A stretch of 64,000 nucleotides of DNA from Clostridia bacterium (GTDB lineage Bacteria > Bacillota > Clostridia > Oscillospirales > CAG-382), in NCBI GenBank assembly GCA_017521025.1, contig JAFXEB010000003.1:55506-119505 (forward strand), given 5' to 3'. The notes below the pieces were generated by a model. The model had not been told where the DNA came from. It was given only the letters and a program-made list of their open reading frames with translations, and did not search any database. Positions within the stretch are counted from its first letter, which is position 1. The number at the start of each line of letters is the position of its first letter. Positions 20,605 through 30,526 of this stretch are shown one piece after another. Position numbers and translations under genes: made by a program.

Positions 20605-21555
20605 ATGATTGAGATAGAGAGACCGAACATAGTTACAGCTGACCTTAGTGAGGACGGCAAACACGGCACTTTTGTCATTGAACCCCTTGAACGCGGTTAC
20701 GGTACAACCCTTGGCAATTCACTTAGACGCGTACTTTTAAGCTCCTTGCCCGGCGTTGCAGCAACCAGCATCAAAATTGACGGTGCGCTGCATGAGATCT
20801 CTACGATCCCCGGCGTAAAAGAAGATATAACCGAGATCGTTATGAACGTAAAGGGTATAGTTGCAAAGCTTCACTGCGACGGTCCTAAGACCGTTGTGGT
20901 TGAGGGTAGCGGCTACGCTCAGATTACCGCAGGCGATATTCAGGTTGACAGTGATATAGAGATTCTTAATAAGGAACATCCTATCGCAACCGTTGAAGAA
21001 GGCAATGAGTTCTATATGGAGATCACCTTCGAAAAGGGCAGAGGCTATGTTTCCGCAGATAAGAACAAGCAGAACGGTCAGCCCGTTCTTGGCGTGATAT
21101 ATACTGACTCTATCTATACGCCCGTTTATAGTGCAAACTATACGGTAGAGAATACCCGTGTTGCAAGCGTTACTGACCTTGACAAGCTTACGCTCACCGT
21201 AAGCACCAACGGCATAATCAGCGCTAAAGAGGCTGTTTCCTTCGCAGCAAAGTTCCTTTGCGAGCATCTTAATCTGTTCGTAGAGCTTTCTGACGAGGCA
21301 AAGAACGCTCCCGTTATGGTCGACAGAGAAGAGACCAAGATGGATAAGGTTCTTGAGATGACTATTGAAGAGCTTGATATGTCTGTAAGAAGCTTCAACT
21401 GCCTTAAGAGAGCAGGCATCGACACCGTTGCCGACCTCACCAACAAGACAGAAGAGGATATGATAAAGGTTCGTAACCTTGGTAAAAAGTCGCTTGAAGA
21501 AGTGATTCAAAAACTTCAGTCCCTTGGGCTTTCTCTTAAGAAGACCGAAGACTGA
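20605..21555 (+). CDS. rpoA: DNA-directed RNA polymerase subunit alpha
   Basis: ...[28 protein letters not shown]...; C-terminal [16 protein letters not shown] helix-hairpin-helix. Confidence 0.97.
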   Translation: MIEIERPNIVTADLSEDGKHGTFVIEPLERGYGTTLGNSLRRVLLSSLPGVAATSIKIDGALHEISTIPGVKEDITEIVMNVKGIVAKLHCDGPKTVVVEGSGYAQITAGDIQVDSDIEILNKEHPIATVEEGNEFYMEITFEKGRGYVSADKNKQNGQPVLGVIYTDSIYTPVYSANYTVENTRVASVTDLDKLTLTVSTNGIISAKEAVSFAAKFLCEHLNLFVELSDEAKNAPVMVDREETKMDKVLEMTIEELDMSVRSFNCLKRAGIDTVADLTNKTEEDMIKVRNLGKKSLEEVIQKLQSLGLSLKKTED

Positions 21556-21588
21556 TCCCACACATTCTGATAAAGGAGGCAAAAAACA

Positions 21589-21981
21589 ATGCCCGGAACA
21601 AGAAAACTCGGCAGAAAAACCGATCACAGAATGGCTATGCTCAAGGGTATGGTGACATTTCTGCTTGAAAACGGTAAGATAGAAACTACTCTCACAAGGG
21701 CAAAGGAAGTTAGCGCACTTGCTGAGAAAATGATAACCCTCGGTAAGGTTAACAACCTTGCTAATAAGAGACGTGCACTGGCCTTCATCAAGAAGGAAGC
21801 AGTTGTATACAAGCTCTTCAACGAGATCTCTCCCGCATATGCTGACCGTAACGGCGGCTATACCAGAGTTCTCAAGCTCGGTCCCCGTCGTGGTGACGGC
21901 GCTGAAATGGCTATAATCGCACTTGTAGACGTAGCTAAGATCTACAATAAGGAAGAAGCCAAGGCAGAAGAGAAGAAGTAA
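21589..21981 (+). CDS. rplQ: 50S ribosomal protein L17
   Basis: [18 protein letters not shown]...[15 protein letters not shown]. Confidence 0.96.
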   Translation: MPGTRKLGRKTDHRMAMLKGMVTFLLENGKIETTLTRAKEVSALAEKMITLGKVNNLANKRRALAFIKKEAVVYKLFNEISPAYADRNGGYTRVLKLGPRRGDGAEMAIIALVDVAKIYNKEEAKAEEKK

Positions 21982-22002
21982 TATATAGCTAATATTACAC
22001 AA

Positions 22003-22037
22003 GCCGCAGGGGAATCTCCCCTGCGGCATCTTTGTTT
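22003..22037 (+). terminator. Rho-independent terminator of the alpha operon
   Basis: GCCGCAGGGGA / TCCCCTGCGGC hairpin followed by CATCTTTGTTT. Confidence 0.8.
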
Positions 22038-22197
22038 AACAGCTTTTGTTATTAAAAAAGTAAAAATAACAATATCGGTAAAACATAAAAGTTTTCGGTA
22101 ATATTTCAGTATTCTTTAATAATAATGCAGTAGTATTGTGTATACTAAAACGGTAAAACAATGCAGGGCTGAATCAGCTTTGCGATAGGAGTATATT

Positions 22198-24075
22198 ATG
22201 CTGAAGAAACTATTAAAGCCTCTTGTATCCTTTGCGGTTACGGCACTCCTTGTGATGAACATAGCCTCCTGCGGTAAGCCGCTGCCTCCCTCGCAAAGCA
22301 CAGAGGACGGCAGTCGGACTGACTATAGCTCCACCCCCGAGTCACTAACGGGAGTTGAGGGAGATAGTGAAGTCACCTCGGAACCTGTTGAATCAGGCGC
22401 CGACGCTGATGTAAGCGTAGACTTTACAGCTACCGACACCGATATGTTTACTGACCGTGATTACAGAACGGAGTATGACAGCACCCCTGCTGTAGACATA
22501 ACACTGGGCGGCACCTCCATTACCGCAAACTCTGCTAATGTCAGCGTTGAAGGCGCCGTAGCTACGATAAAAGACGATGGCACCTACGTTTTAAGGGGTA
22601 CGCTAACGAATGGTATGATAATAGTTGATGCAGGCGAAAGTGCAAAGCCCCAGCTTGTCCTCGACGGTGCAAGTATCACCAGCAGTACGGGTGCGCCTAT
22701 CTATATAAAAAGCGCAAATAAGGTGTTTATCACTCTTGCGGAGGGTAGTAACAATACTCTTTCCAATGGCGGTAGCTTTACCCAAACAGACGAAAATAAT
22801 GTTGACGGCGTCATATATTCAAAAACCGACCTTACAATCAACGGACAAGGTGCGCTTACCCTTTCTTCTCCTGCGGGCCACGGCGTTGCATGCAAGGACG
22901 ATTTGGCTATCACGGGGGGCACCTATAACATTACCACCGCTTCACATGGCATAGATGCTAATGACAGCGTGCGTATCTGCGGCGGCGTGTTTGAAGCCGA
23001 TTGCGGTAAGGACGGCATCCACGTAGAAAACAGCGAGGATGCTACCGAGGGTTACGTATACATCTCCGGTGGCGGCTTTAAGATCAAGGCTCAGGGTGAC
23101 GGAATCAGCGGCGCAGTTTACGTGCAGATAAAGGACGGCACCTTCGATATTAATGCAGGTGGCGGCAGTGGCAACGCAAGTGCAGGCGGCTATGGCGGCT
23201 ATATGGGCAGCTATGGTGGCAATACAGATAGTGACAGCACAAGCACAAAGGGAATCAAAGCGACAGGTGCGATGCTCATAAGCGGAGGCAGCTTTAAGAT
23301 AAACTCTGCCGACGATGCGCTTCACGTTAACGGCAACCTCACAGTAGAGAACGGCGAATTTGAAATATCCACAGGTGATGACGGCGCACACGCTGACGAG
23401 ACCCTTATTGTAAGTGGCGGCAAGATATCCATCACCAAAAGCTACGAGGGTCTTGAGGCGCTCCACGTTCAGGTGGCAGGCGGCGAGATTAGCCTTATTG
23501 CAAGTGATGACGGCATCAACGCCGCAGGCGGTGTAGACAACAGCGGCACCGGCGGCGCTTTTGGTAATGATTATTTCGGCGGTGGTAGACCCGGCGGCAG
23601 ACCCGGTGGCGGCGGCAAGCCCGGCGGCGGTGGTATGTCCTCCGGTAACGGCAGTATAGTCATAAGCGGCGGCAGTCTGTACGTTCAGGCATCGGGTGAC
23701 GGCATAGACGCAAACGGTACATTGGAGATAAAGGGTGGCTATACGGTTGTCTGCGGTCCCACAAGGGGCGATACCGCAACCCTCGACTATGACAGAAGCG
23801 CAACCATAAGCGGCGGCACCTTTATCGGCACGGGCGCATCGGGTGGCATGGCGCAAAGCTTCAGCGCCTCCCCTCAGGGTGTCATAAGTGTAAGCCTCGG
23901 CAACCAAAGTGCAGGGACAAAGCTTTCTGTCTCCGATCCGAGCGGTAAAGAGCTCATAAACCATTGTCCCGAGCTCGATTATGCGTTGCTCATTTTCAGC
24001 TCACCTGAGGTAGTGAGTGGCACCTCCTATACAATAAACGTAGGCTCCTCAAACGGAACAGCTCAAGCGAGATAA
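22198..24075 (+). CDS. Lipoprotein with parallel beta-helix carbohydrate-binding domain (Cthe_2159-like)
   Basis: Lipobox VMNIASC. About 10 repeats of the pattern (I/V)xGGxFxIxxxxDGIxxN, for example ITGGTYNITTASHGIDAN and ISGGSLYVQASGDGIDAN. Also a Gly/Pro linker. Confidence 0.6.
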   Translation: MLKKLLKPLVSFAVTALLVMNIASCGKPLPPSQSTEDGSRTDYSSTPESLTGVEGDSEVTSEPVESGADADVSVDFTATDTDMFTDRDYRTEYDSTPAVDITLGGTSITANSANVSVEGAVATIKDDGTYVLRGTLTNGMIIVDAGESAKPQLVLDGASITSSTGAPIYIKSANKVFITLAEGSNNTLSNGGSFTQTDENNVDGVIYSKTDLTINGQGALTLSSPAGHGVACKDDLAITGGTYNITTASHGIDANDSVRICGGVFEADCGKDGIHVENSEDATEGYVYISGGGFKIKAQGDGISGAVYVQIKDGTFDINAGGGSGNASAGGYGGYMGSYGGNTDSDSTSTKGIKATGAMLISGGSFKINSADDALHVNGNLTVENGEFEISTGDDGAHADETLIVSGGKISITKSYEGLEALHVQVAGGEISLIASDDGINAAGGVDNSGTGGAFGNDYFGGGRPGGRPGGGGKPGGGGMSSGNGSIVISGGSLYVQASGDGIDANGTLEIKGGYTVVCGPTRGDTATLDYDRSATISGGTFIGTGASGGMAQSFSASPQGVISVSLGNQSAGTKLSVSDPSGKELINHCPELDYALLIFSSPEVVSGTSYTINVGSSNGTAQAR

Positions 24076-24076
24076 C

Positions 24077-24116
24077 AAAAAAGCCTTTCACACAAAACCG
24101 TGTGAAAGGCTTTTTA
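24077..24116. terminator. Bidirectional terminator between convergent genes
   Basis: AGCCTTTCACAC / GTGTGAAAGGCT hairpin flanked by A5 and T5. Confidence 0.8.
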
Positions 24117-24126
24117 TATAACAGCT

Positions 24127-24834
24127 CTACAATATGTCGCAAATATCTGTAAGATTCTTCACCGTGTAGTCCGGGCAAAGCCCCTTGGTGTCGCCTTTGC
24201 CGCTTCTGTCATAAAAAATGCATGGAATCCCATAACCGCAAGCACCCTTGATATCAGAGCTAAGAGAGTCGCCAACCATCATAACCTCGTCCTTTTCGAG
24301 AGGGTCTGCCCCCTCTGTAGCACGTGCGGCGTTGATCTCTCTCATGCAGTGATCAAAGAAACCGGCAGAAGGCTTCTGCGTGCCAATCCCTTCAGATATG
24401 AAAAGGTGCTTGAAATAACCCAGCATACCGCTTATCTTAAGTCTGTTTATCTGCTGTCCCACAGGGCCGTTGCTGGCGACACAAAGAGTATATCGCCCCT
24501 TCAGATGCTCAAGGAGCTCAAAAGCACCATCAACAGGTATTGCACAGTCATACAGCCTGTCCTTGAAATACTTTTCAAACACCTCACCGTCAAAATCCAC
24601 TCCCATAAGGGCAAAAATGCGATTGAAACGTGTTTTTAGCAATTCTCCATACGTGAGCTCGCCCAGCTCAAGCTCGTGCCATATCCTGCGATTTTCGGTC
24701 TTGAATATCTCCATCCTGCCTTCGTCAAAATAGCCCAAGCCAAAACGCTCAAAGCCCTCTTTGAGCGAGGTGCTTATATATGCATCAAAATCAAGCAGTG
24801 TGTTGTCAATATCCAGCAAAACTACTTTTATCAT
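24127..24834 (-). CDS. HAD-superfamily hydrolase (subfamily IA-like)
   Basis: Motif I LLDIDNTLL, motif II VASNG, motif IV MVGDSLSSDI. Confidence 0.8.
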   Translation of the reverse strand: MIKVVLLDIDNTLLDFDAYISTSLKEGFERFGLGYFDEGRMEIFKTENRRIWHELELGELTYGELLKTRFNRIFALMGVDFDGEVFEKYFKDRLYDCAIPVDGAFELLEHLKGRYTLCVASNGPVGQQINRLKISGMLGYFKHLFISEGIGTQKPSAGFFDHCMREINAARATEGADPLEKDEVMMVGDSLSSDIKGACGYGIPCIFYDRSGKGDTKGLCPDYTVKNLTDICDIL

Positions 24835-24849
24835 ACGTTCCTCTGCTCC

Positions 24850-25503
24850 TCAGTCTTTCCATACAAATCGGTAGTTTATAGCCTCACCGCCGTCCACAAG
24901 TATGCTTTGACCTGTGCAGAAGCCGTTTATCACAGTCAAAAAATACGCCCATTCGGCAATCTCCTCTGTGCTTGCCCATCGTTTAAGAGGCGTCTCCTCC
25001 ATTATCTGTGCCCAAAGCTCGGGGTCATTGATGACGCAGGCGTTCAGAGGAGTAATCACTCCCCCGGGGTCAAGGCTGTTGCAGGTGGCACCGTAGGCGG
25101 CTACCCGTAGGGCAACGTTCTTGGTATAGGCAAGCACACCGCCCTTGCTTGCACAGTATTCTGGGAACTCAGCCCCCGTATGCGCACTTGCCGAGCCGAT
25201 GTGCAGTATGCTCTTGATGTTCTCCTGCACCCCGTACTTCTCCGTAATATGTATCAGTGCCTTAAGGTTTATATCTATATCGTCCTCATTCTGGGTGCCT
25301 GCGTTGTTAATAAGCACCTCCACGCCTTCAAGCGAGGGTAGGGAAGCATAGTCCCTTATATCCTGAGTATAGTGAGTGTACTCAGGGTGACAAATGGCCG
25401 CCGCCTGCCTGTCTATGCCGATAACGTTGTGCCCCTTTTTTAAAAACAGCTCTGCTATGGCCTTGCCTATGCCCTGTGAAGTACCCGTGATAAGTATCCT
25501 CAT
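24850..25503 (-). CDS. Short-chain dehydrogenase/reductase (SDR) family oxidoreductase
   Basis: ITGTSQGIGKAIA cofactor loop; NNAG; catalytic YCASK. Confidence 0.85.
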   Translation of the reverse strand: MRILITGTSQGIGKAIAELFLKKGHNVIGIDRQAAAICHPEYTHYTQDIRDYASLPSLEGVEVLINNAGTQNEDDIDINLKALIHITEKYGVQENIKSILHIGSASAHTGAEFPEYCASKGGVLAYTKNVALRVAAYGATCNSLDPGGVITPLNACVINDPELWAQIMEETPLKRWASTEEIAEWAYFLTVINGFCTGQSILVDGGEAINYRFVWKD

Positions 25504-26249
25504 CTGTCGCCCTCTCCTTTAACAAACTCAAGATATTCCTTGCCTACCGAATTTGCTTTCCATCTCGTAACTATGCGGTAGCCTATGGGTGAGAAAAGTA
25601 CCTCCATAATAAGCTCAGCTACGGCACCCGTCAGCGCACACATTGCGCACTGTAGCACCGTCCAATGGAACCCGTCCCAGAATATAGGCGCAAAGAACAC
25701 AAAAACGATAACAGAGAAAATAAAATTGTCCAAAAACTGACCTATAAAGGTAGAAACATAGGTGCGCATGGCGTATGCAAGCTTACCATCGGGGTTCTTC
25801 TTAAAGCCACGTCCTATGATAAAGTTCAGCATATTGTTGATGACTGCGGATGCCAGAAAGGCTACGGTACTGCCAAGCAGTATAAACCACGTACCGCCGA
25901 AAATACCGTTAAAAGCGCCATAGTCACCGGCATTTGAGGGGATAATGCTTGCAACAAAGAAAATAAGACAGGTAAGCACATTTATAGACGCCGCAAGTAT
26001 GGATATCCTGTTGGACGCCCCGGGGCCAAAATGCTTGGTGATAATGTCCATACACATAAAGGAAAGCCACGAAATAAGTATGCCGCCGTCAAGCGCTATC
26101 CAGTCAAGCTGAAGCAGTGTCTTGTTAGCAAGCAGGTTCATACACACAACGCTCACCACAAACAGCGATACAACTGCTGCAGGAATGCTCCTCAGCAGTA
26201 TACTGCTCTGCCTGTATTCATTTATAAACCACTTTTTAAGCCTAACCAT
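25500..26249 (-). CDS. VUT/YhhQ family (DUF165) transporter, queuosine-precursor transporter-like
   Basis: Polytopic protein with a ...YVSTFIGQFLDNFIFSVIVF... signature. The start chosen is ATG 26249 (MVRLKK...), 6 nt after GGAG. The ORF-track start at 26324 would overlap the promoter and terminator. Confidence 0.65.
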   Translation of the reverse strand: MVRLKKWFINEYRQSSILLRSIPAAVVSLFVVSVVCMNLLANKTLLQLDWIALDGGILISWLSFMCMDIITKHFGPGASNRISILAASINVLTCLIFFVASIIPSNAGDYGAFNGIFGGTWFILLGSTVAFLASAVINNMLNFIIGRGFKKNPDGKLAYAMRTYVSTFIGQFLDNFIFSVIVFVFFAPIFWDGFHWTVLQCAMCALTGAVAELIMEVLFSPIGYRIVTRWKANSVGKEYLEFVKGEGDR

Positions 26250-26277
26250 AACGTGCTCCGAAAAATATAGATAAGCA

Positions 26278-26306
26278 ATTATACCACAAACATTTCCCTT
26301 TGGCAA
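26278..26306 (-). promoter_or_regulatory. Promoter of the VUT transporter gene
   Basis: Minus strand: TTGCCA, 17-nt spacer, TGGTATAAT (extended -10). Confidence 0.55.
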
Positions 26307-26312
26307 GCGGGA

Positions 26313-26347
26313 CAAAAAAATCACCTATGCTATTTTAACATAGGTGA
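26313..26347 (-). terminator. Strong rho-independent terminator directly downstream of the orphan lysS tail (ancestral lysS terminator)
   Basis: Minus strand: TCACCTATG-loop-CATAGGTGA followed by T7. Confidence 0.8.
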
Positions 26348-26359
26348 TTTCGTTTTGCT

Positions 26360-26389
26360 TTTACTTATCCAGCGTCTTCATCGTGGGGA
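26360..26389. repeat. Left 30-bp direct repeat (attL-like); orphan copy of the lysS 3' end
   Basis: TTTACTTATCCAGCGTCTTCATCGTGGGGA is 29/30 identical to 50908-50937. Its reverse complement encodes ...PTMKTLDK*. Confidence 0.85.
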
Positions 26390-26727
26390 TTATCTTATGA
26401 AATGCACTAAAACTTGACATAGACATTGCATTTTGCATATATCCCTCTCAAAGGCACAAGATATTGTATTGTTCTATTTCTCGGTTTGCATTTGGCAACC
26501 CCGGTGTGTTGTGGCACAACACAATGAAAATTGGTAAAATTTTTGGTACGGTTGTTCATCAGGTTAGTTTGATTTTTCCTTGCAGACAACCAAACGCCTG
26601 TTGCTTCTTTTGGGTTGTCAAATCGGTATATACATCCAAAGTTGTAGAAATGTCAGCGTGTCCCATAATACTTCTTCACAACCATAAAGAAAAAAGCCTA
26701 GTTATACTAGACTTTTTCGACAGACTG

Positions 26728-26753
26728 AGCTGGGACTCCGAAGAGTCCCAGCT
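26728..26753 (-). terminator. Hairpin after the last island gene (possible terminator or RNA stabiliser; no U-tract)
   Basis: AGCTGGGACTC-(UUCG loop on minus strand)-GAGTCCCAGCT, 8 nt after the kinase stop codon. Confidence 0.35.
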
Positions 26754-26761
26754 TTCTGAAC

Positions 26762-29700
26762 TTATTTCTCGCGATATCTTACATAGTGTTGAACATTAGA
26801 AATCTCACCGCCATTAGTAACCTGCGTAGTCGATTCATTTCCTGCTGTCACCTTTTGGTATTGGTAGATCCTTTGGTAATCGGTGTATGTGCTTGTGTAG
26901 TAATCGAACCTGTACCACCTATACGAACCTTGCGATGATGCGTATGATGTTCTGTCGGTCACCTTGTACACACCCATACCTGACGTCGCAGATCCTACAC
27001 CGGAAGTGCCTTGATATACATAGTTTGTGGTAGAGGTAAATGCACCAAAGTACTTATAATTGTATCCTGTATGCTTGTTCTCAAGGCCTTTATAAGCGCA
27101 AATTATGCGATTACCAGCATTAGCACCACCACAATCATACATCCAGTGCCAATATACGTATCCCGCCCAAGAATTTGAAACCTCTCGTTTTGTAGTTCCG
27201 TTATCATAAGCTGTATATGGAGATTTACTAAAAGACTGATAAATGCTATTGGATGTATCAAACCCGTTGTGAAATGTTGCATAATTGGTCGATCCGCTTC
27301 CTGTCTGATTCCAATAACTACCAATTGGTGTCCATCCACTCAAAGAGGAGCTTGTTGATTCTGTTGTTTGGGTTCTGGTATATGTCCATTTGTTTTCTTC
27401 AACTTTGGCACTTGAAGGCACATTAGAGGCCAAAACCCAATCTGATAACGGATTCAAAGTCCATTGTGCATAAATTGTAGTGTTTCCTGCTCCCATGGTT
27501 GTCGAGGAAGTAACCTTACTACCACCACTTGCCGCAGTATACCATCCACTAAAGGTGTAGTAATCTCTTGTAGGTGTCGGCAATGACCCATATGTGCTTC
27601 CATAATTAACATTATTAGAAGAAGTCGCTACACTGCCGCCATTCGCATTATAAGAAAGTGTATAGGAATTTATGGTCCACTGTGCAAATAATGTTTGTGC
27701 AGATGTAATTGACACAGAGGTAGATGAAGTAATCTTTGTTCCTCCATTTGTTGACGTATACCATCCATTGAATGTGTATCCAGTTCTTGTGGGAGTGGGT
27801 AGAGTTCCATAGGTAGAGCCAAATGTTACAGTTGTACTTGATGTTGACACGCTACCTCCGTTAGCGTTGAAGGAGACCGTACTCTTAATAATGCTCCACT
27901 GCGCATACAATGTCTGGGCAGATGTGATTGACACCTTCGTCGACGAAGTCACTTTAGTTCCGCCACTCGCTGCAGTGTACCAACCGTTAAAGGTGTATCC
28001 GCTTCTTGTAGGAGTTGGCATAGAACCATAGGTAGCATCGTATGTTACATTTGCACTTGAGGTAGATACACTACCTCCGTTAGCATTGAAAGCAACAGCA
28101 TAACTGTTTGCCTTCCACTGTGCATAAAGTGTTTGGTTGGCGGCAGTGGAGTATGTGGAATCCCCAGAAATCTTTGTTCCACCACTTGCCGCAGTATACC
28201 ATCCATTGAAGGTATATCCTGTTCTACTTACGGTACCGAGAGCACCATATTTAGAACCAAACTGCACATTCTTACTTGAGGGTGCTGACCTGCCACCATT
28301 CGAGTTAAACGATACGGAGTATGTATTTGCTTTCCATATAGCGTAAATAGTATGATTAGATGGCGTTGTAATAGAAGTATTTGCTGTTACCTCCACACCT
28401 TCAGATTTTGCAGAATACCAACCCACAAAGGTATATCCTGTTCTCGTGGGAGTAGGCAGAGTTCCATATGCATCCGACAAATAAGTGGATTTACTGCTAG
28501 GATTTACTGTGCCACCGTTCGCATCGTATGTTACAGTAATTGGTTGCTTGCCCTTACTTACGTAAATAACAATGATGGAATCAGGCAGTTGAGCTGTACC
28601 TGCGCCAGGGGATTGGCTAATAACACTACCTGCAGGAACAGTAGAATCATAATTCTCAAGAACCGTGACCTTAAAGCCCTGCTCCTTTAATATTTCCTCT
28701 GCCTCGGCTTGGGACTTTCCAATCACATCAGCTACATCAATAGTTTCACGTCCACTGGATACAACAATTGTGATTTGATCACCACGTTTTACGCTGTCGC
28801 CAGCAGCAACACTTTGACTAAGAACATGACCTTCTGCTACGGCATCAGTCTTCTTGTATTCTACCACCACAACAAGCCCTTTGGTGTTTAGAGTGTTTTC
28901 GGCATTTTCCTTGCTCTGTCCAACAACATTAGGCATATCAAACGCAGCAGGGCCAATCGAGATTGTCAACGTGATCTTGGTACCTTCATCTAGCTTAGTT
29001 CCAGCTTCTACACTCTGCGCAATAACTGAACCATACGCAACATTATCATCATGTTTTTCAATAATGTCCGGTTCTGCTAATCCAGCTTGCAGAAGTTTTG
29101 AAATAGCATCATCTTTCGTATCCCAAATCAAATAGGGAACAACAGAAATACCATTTTCGGGAGACGCCACACCCTTACCGCTACTAATCATAAGCAAAAC
29201 AGTTCCGTTAATATCCATGTAAGAACCACCGACTGGAGTTTGCAAAATGATTTTACCCGCAGGAATATATTCGGATTCAATAGACCCGTCTGTAGAAGCG
29301 AGCAATTTTCCTTCCGAAATTAGTTGCAAGGCTTCATCTTTATACAATCCCTCAACATCCGGAACTGTTACGATATTTTCAGGTATTACAATTTCTTCCG
29401 TAAAATTTGAAAATTTAATAACGCCTGTCAACAGCAATGTGCTAAAAATCAAAATTACAGATAGGAAGGAAGGCGCAAGAATTTTTAACCACAATGGCCA
29501 AGAATATATATCTATCTTTTTAATCTTTCCATATATTCTCTTTACAGGAGGATCTGCATTAAGATCTTTAATAAATGTAGCGATGTCAGGTGTTCTATCC
29601 TCAATCCGAACATTCATTGCGTTAAGAATTGCATTTTCACGATTGGGGGAAATTTTCTTGTTTATCTTATGAGGCTCCTCCAGAATATCTTTGTTTTGGT

Positions 29701-30526
29701 TCTCACACTTTGTGCGACGTTCCATCGCATCTGGAGGTGTCTTACCGGTTATCATCTTGTATAAAGTAGATGCAATGGCATACACATCCGTATGCGGTCC
29801 CTGATCTCCTCTGCTTCGATACTGTTCCTCTGGAGAGTAACCCGGCTTGATAATAACAGTCAAGCTTCTACTATGAGATGTTGTAGCATATCTTGACGCG
29901 CCAAAGTCAATAAGCTTTACTTCGCCAGATTTTGTAAGGAATATGTTGTCCGGTGCAATATCTCTATGAAGCAATCCCTCGTCGTGAACAGCTTGAAGCG
30001 ATTCCATCACGGGCATCAGCATTGCTACAGCTACATCTTCAGGGATTGTCTTTTCTCTTCTCAGATACTCTGTCAGTGTTTCGCCATCGAGAAATTCCAT
30101 TATGATGTATGCAGTATCATTTTCTTCAAAGCTATCAAAGATCTTTACGATACCCTGCTCATTTTGAAACTTTGCCAGATGCTTCGCTTCCTCAACGAAC
30201 TTCCTAAGCCCGTCATGAAACTGTTCATTCTTCTCGCCGTTAAAAACGGTTACCTGAGATTGTCCGGGCATTCTTGTGGAGAATTCACCAGGCAAATACT
30301 CTTTAATAGCCACCTTTTGCTCAAGCTTGCCGTCCCAACCTAGATAGGTAACACCAAAGCCTCCGTAACCAAGAACCTTGCCAACGATATATCTATCATA
30401 CAGCAATGTACCCGGTTCAATATGGATTGCTTCCTCAGCATGAGTTCCTACGACATATCCACAATGCGGACATATCTCAAATTCATCGCCGAAGAGTTCC
30501 ATACATCCCAAACATCTTTTACTCAC
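26762..30526 (-). CDS. Ser/Thr protein kinase: N-terminal zinc ribbon, Hanks kinase, TM, 4 PASTA, 5 Listeria-Bacteroides (Flg_new) repeats, unknown C-terminal domain
   Basis: CLGCMELFGDEFEICPHCG; GYGGFGVTY...VAIK...HRDIAPDN...DFGAS...PGYSPEE. TM at aa 342-370. PASTA-like units at aa ~386-660. Five ~72-aa repeats at aa 663-1025. Y/W/T-rich tail at aa 1026-1254. Confidence 0.9.
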   Translation of the reverse strand: MSKRCLGCMELFGDEFEICPHCGYVVGTHAEEAIHIEPGTLLYDRYIVGKVLGYGGFGVTYLGWDGKLEQKVAIKEYLPGEFSTRMPGQSQVTVFNGEKNEQFHDGLRKFVEEAKHLAKFQNEQGIVKIFDSFEENDTAYIIMEFLDGETLTEYLRREKTIPEDVAVAMLMPVMESLQAVHDEGLLHRDIAPDNIFLTKSGEVKLIDFGASRYATTSHSRSLTVIIKPGYSPEEQYRSRGDQGPHTDVYAIASTLYKMITGKTPPDAMERRTKCENQNKDILEEPHKINKKISPNRENAILNAMNVRIEDRTPDIATFIKDLNADPPVKRIYGKIKKIDIYSWPLWLKILAPSFLSVILIFSTLLLTGVIKFSNFTEEIVIPENIVTVPDVEGLYKDEALQLISEGKLLASTDGSIESEYIPAGKIILQTPVGGSYMDINGTVLLMISSGKGVASPENGISVVPYLIWDTKDDAISKLLQAGLAEPDIIEKHDDNVAYGSVIAQSVEAGTKLDEGTKITLTISIGPAAFDMPNVVGQSKENAENTLNTKGLVVVVEYKKTDAVAEGHVLSQSVAAGDSVKRGDQITIVVSSGRETIDVADVIGKSQAEAEEILKEQGFKVTVLENYDSTVPAGSVISQSPGAGTAQLPDSIIVIYVSKGKQPITVTYDANGGTVNPSSKSTYLSDAYGTLPTPTRTGYTFVGWYSAKSEGVEVTANTSITTPSNHTIYAIWKANTYSVSFNSNGGRSAPSSKNVQFGSKYGALGTVSRTGYTFNGWYTAASGGTKISGDSTYSTAANQTLYAQWKANSYAVAFNANGGSVSTSSANVTYDATYGSMPTPTRSGYTFNGWYTAASGGTKVTSSTKVSITSAQTLYAQWSIIKSTVSFNANGGSVSTSSTTVTFGSTYGTLPTPTRTGYTFNGWYTSTNGGTKITSSTSVSITSAQTLFAQWTINSYTLSYNANGGSVATSSNNVNYGSTYGSLPTPTRDYYTFSGWYTAASGGSKVTSSTTMGAGNTTIYAQWTLNPLSDWVLASNVPSSAKVEENKWTYTRTQTTESTSSSLSGWTPIGSYWNQTGSGSTNYATFHNGFDTSNSIYQSFSKSPYTAYDNGTTKREVSNSWAGYVYWHWMYDCGGANAGNRIICAYKGLENKHTGYNYKYFGAFTSTTNYVYQGTSGVGSATSGMGVYKVTDRTSYASSQGSYRWYRFDYYTSTYTDYQRIYQYQKVTAGNESTTQVTNGGEISNVQHYVRYREK
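27452..28540 (-). repeat. Five tandem ~216-222-nt coding repeats (Flg_new / Listeria-Bacteroides repeat domains)
   Basis: The consensus xYxVxFNANGGSVSTSSxxVTYGSTYGxLPTPTRTGYTFNGWYTAASGGTKVTSSTxVxxxxxQTLYAQW recurs five times. Confidence 0.85.

Noticed and set aside
20737-22029. 430-aa minus-strand ORF antisense to rpoA/rplQ, and similar long antisense ORFs: 7090-7989, 8662-9363, 14019-14762, 16239-17036, 22942-23964, 56482-57252 and 61723-62469
   Set aside because: They lie opposite genes with unambiguous conserved products. Their translations are low-complexity or Cys/His-rich with no motifs. These are typical stop-poor antisense frames.
23578-23635. Gly/Pro-rich stretch GGRPGGRPGGGGKPGGGG in the beta-helix lipoprotein
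   Set aside because: It is a simple low-complexity linker within a continuous ORF, not a collagen-like or functional repeat array.
26250-26312. Expected a preQ1 riboswitch upstream of the YhhQ/VUT-type queuosine-precursor transporter
   Set aside because: The distance from the -10 box to the start codon is only about 25-30 nt and lacks the preQ1-I consensus. There is no room for an aptamer.
26390-26761. Searched both non-coding island arms (26390-26761 and 50323-50907) for an integrase, excisionase or transposase
   Set aside because: Only short, motif-less ORFs are present (26407-26589, 26464-26799). I saw no R..H..R..Y or serine-recombinase signatures in any frame by eye. I report this as an absence, not as a feature.
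27452-28540. Regular ~216-nt DNA periodicity that could be mistaken for a CRISPR or satellite array
   Set aside because: The period is far too long and there are no spacers. The repeats are in frame inside a long ORF and encode protein repeat domains.
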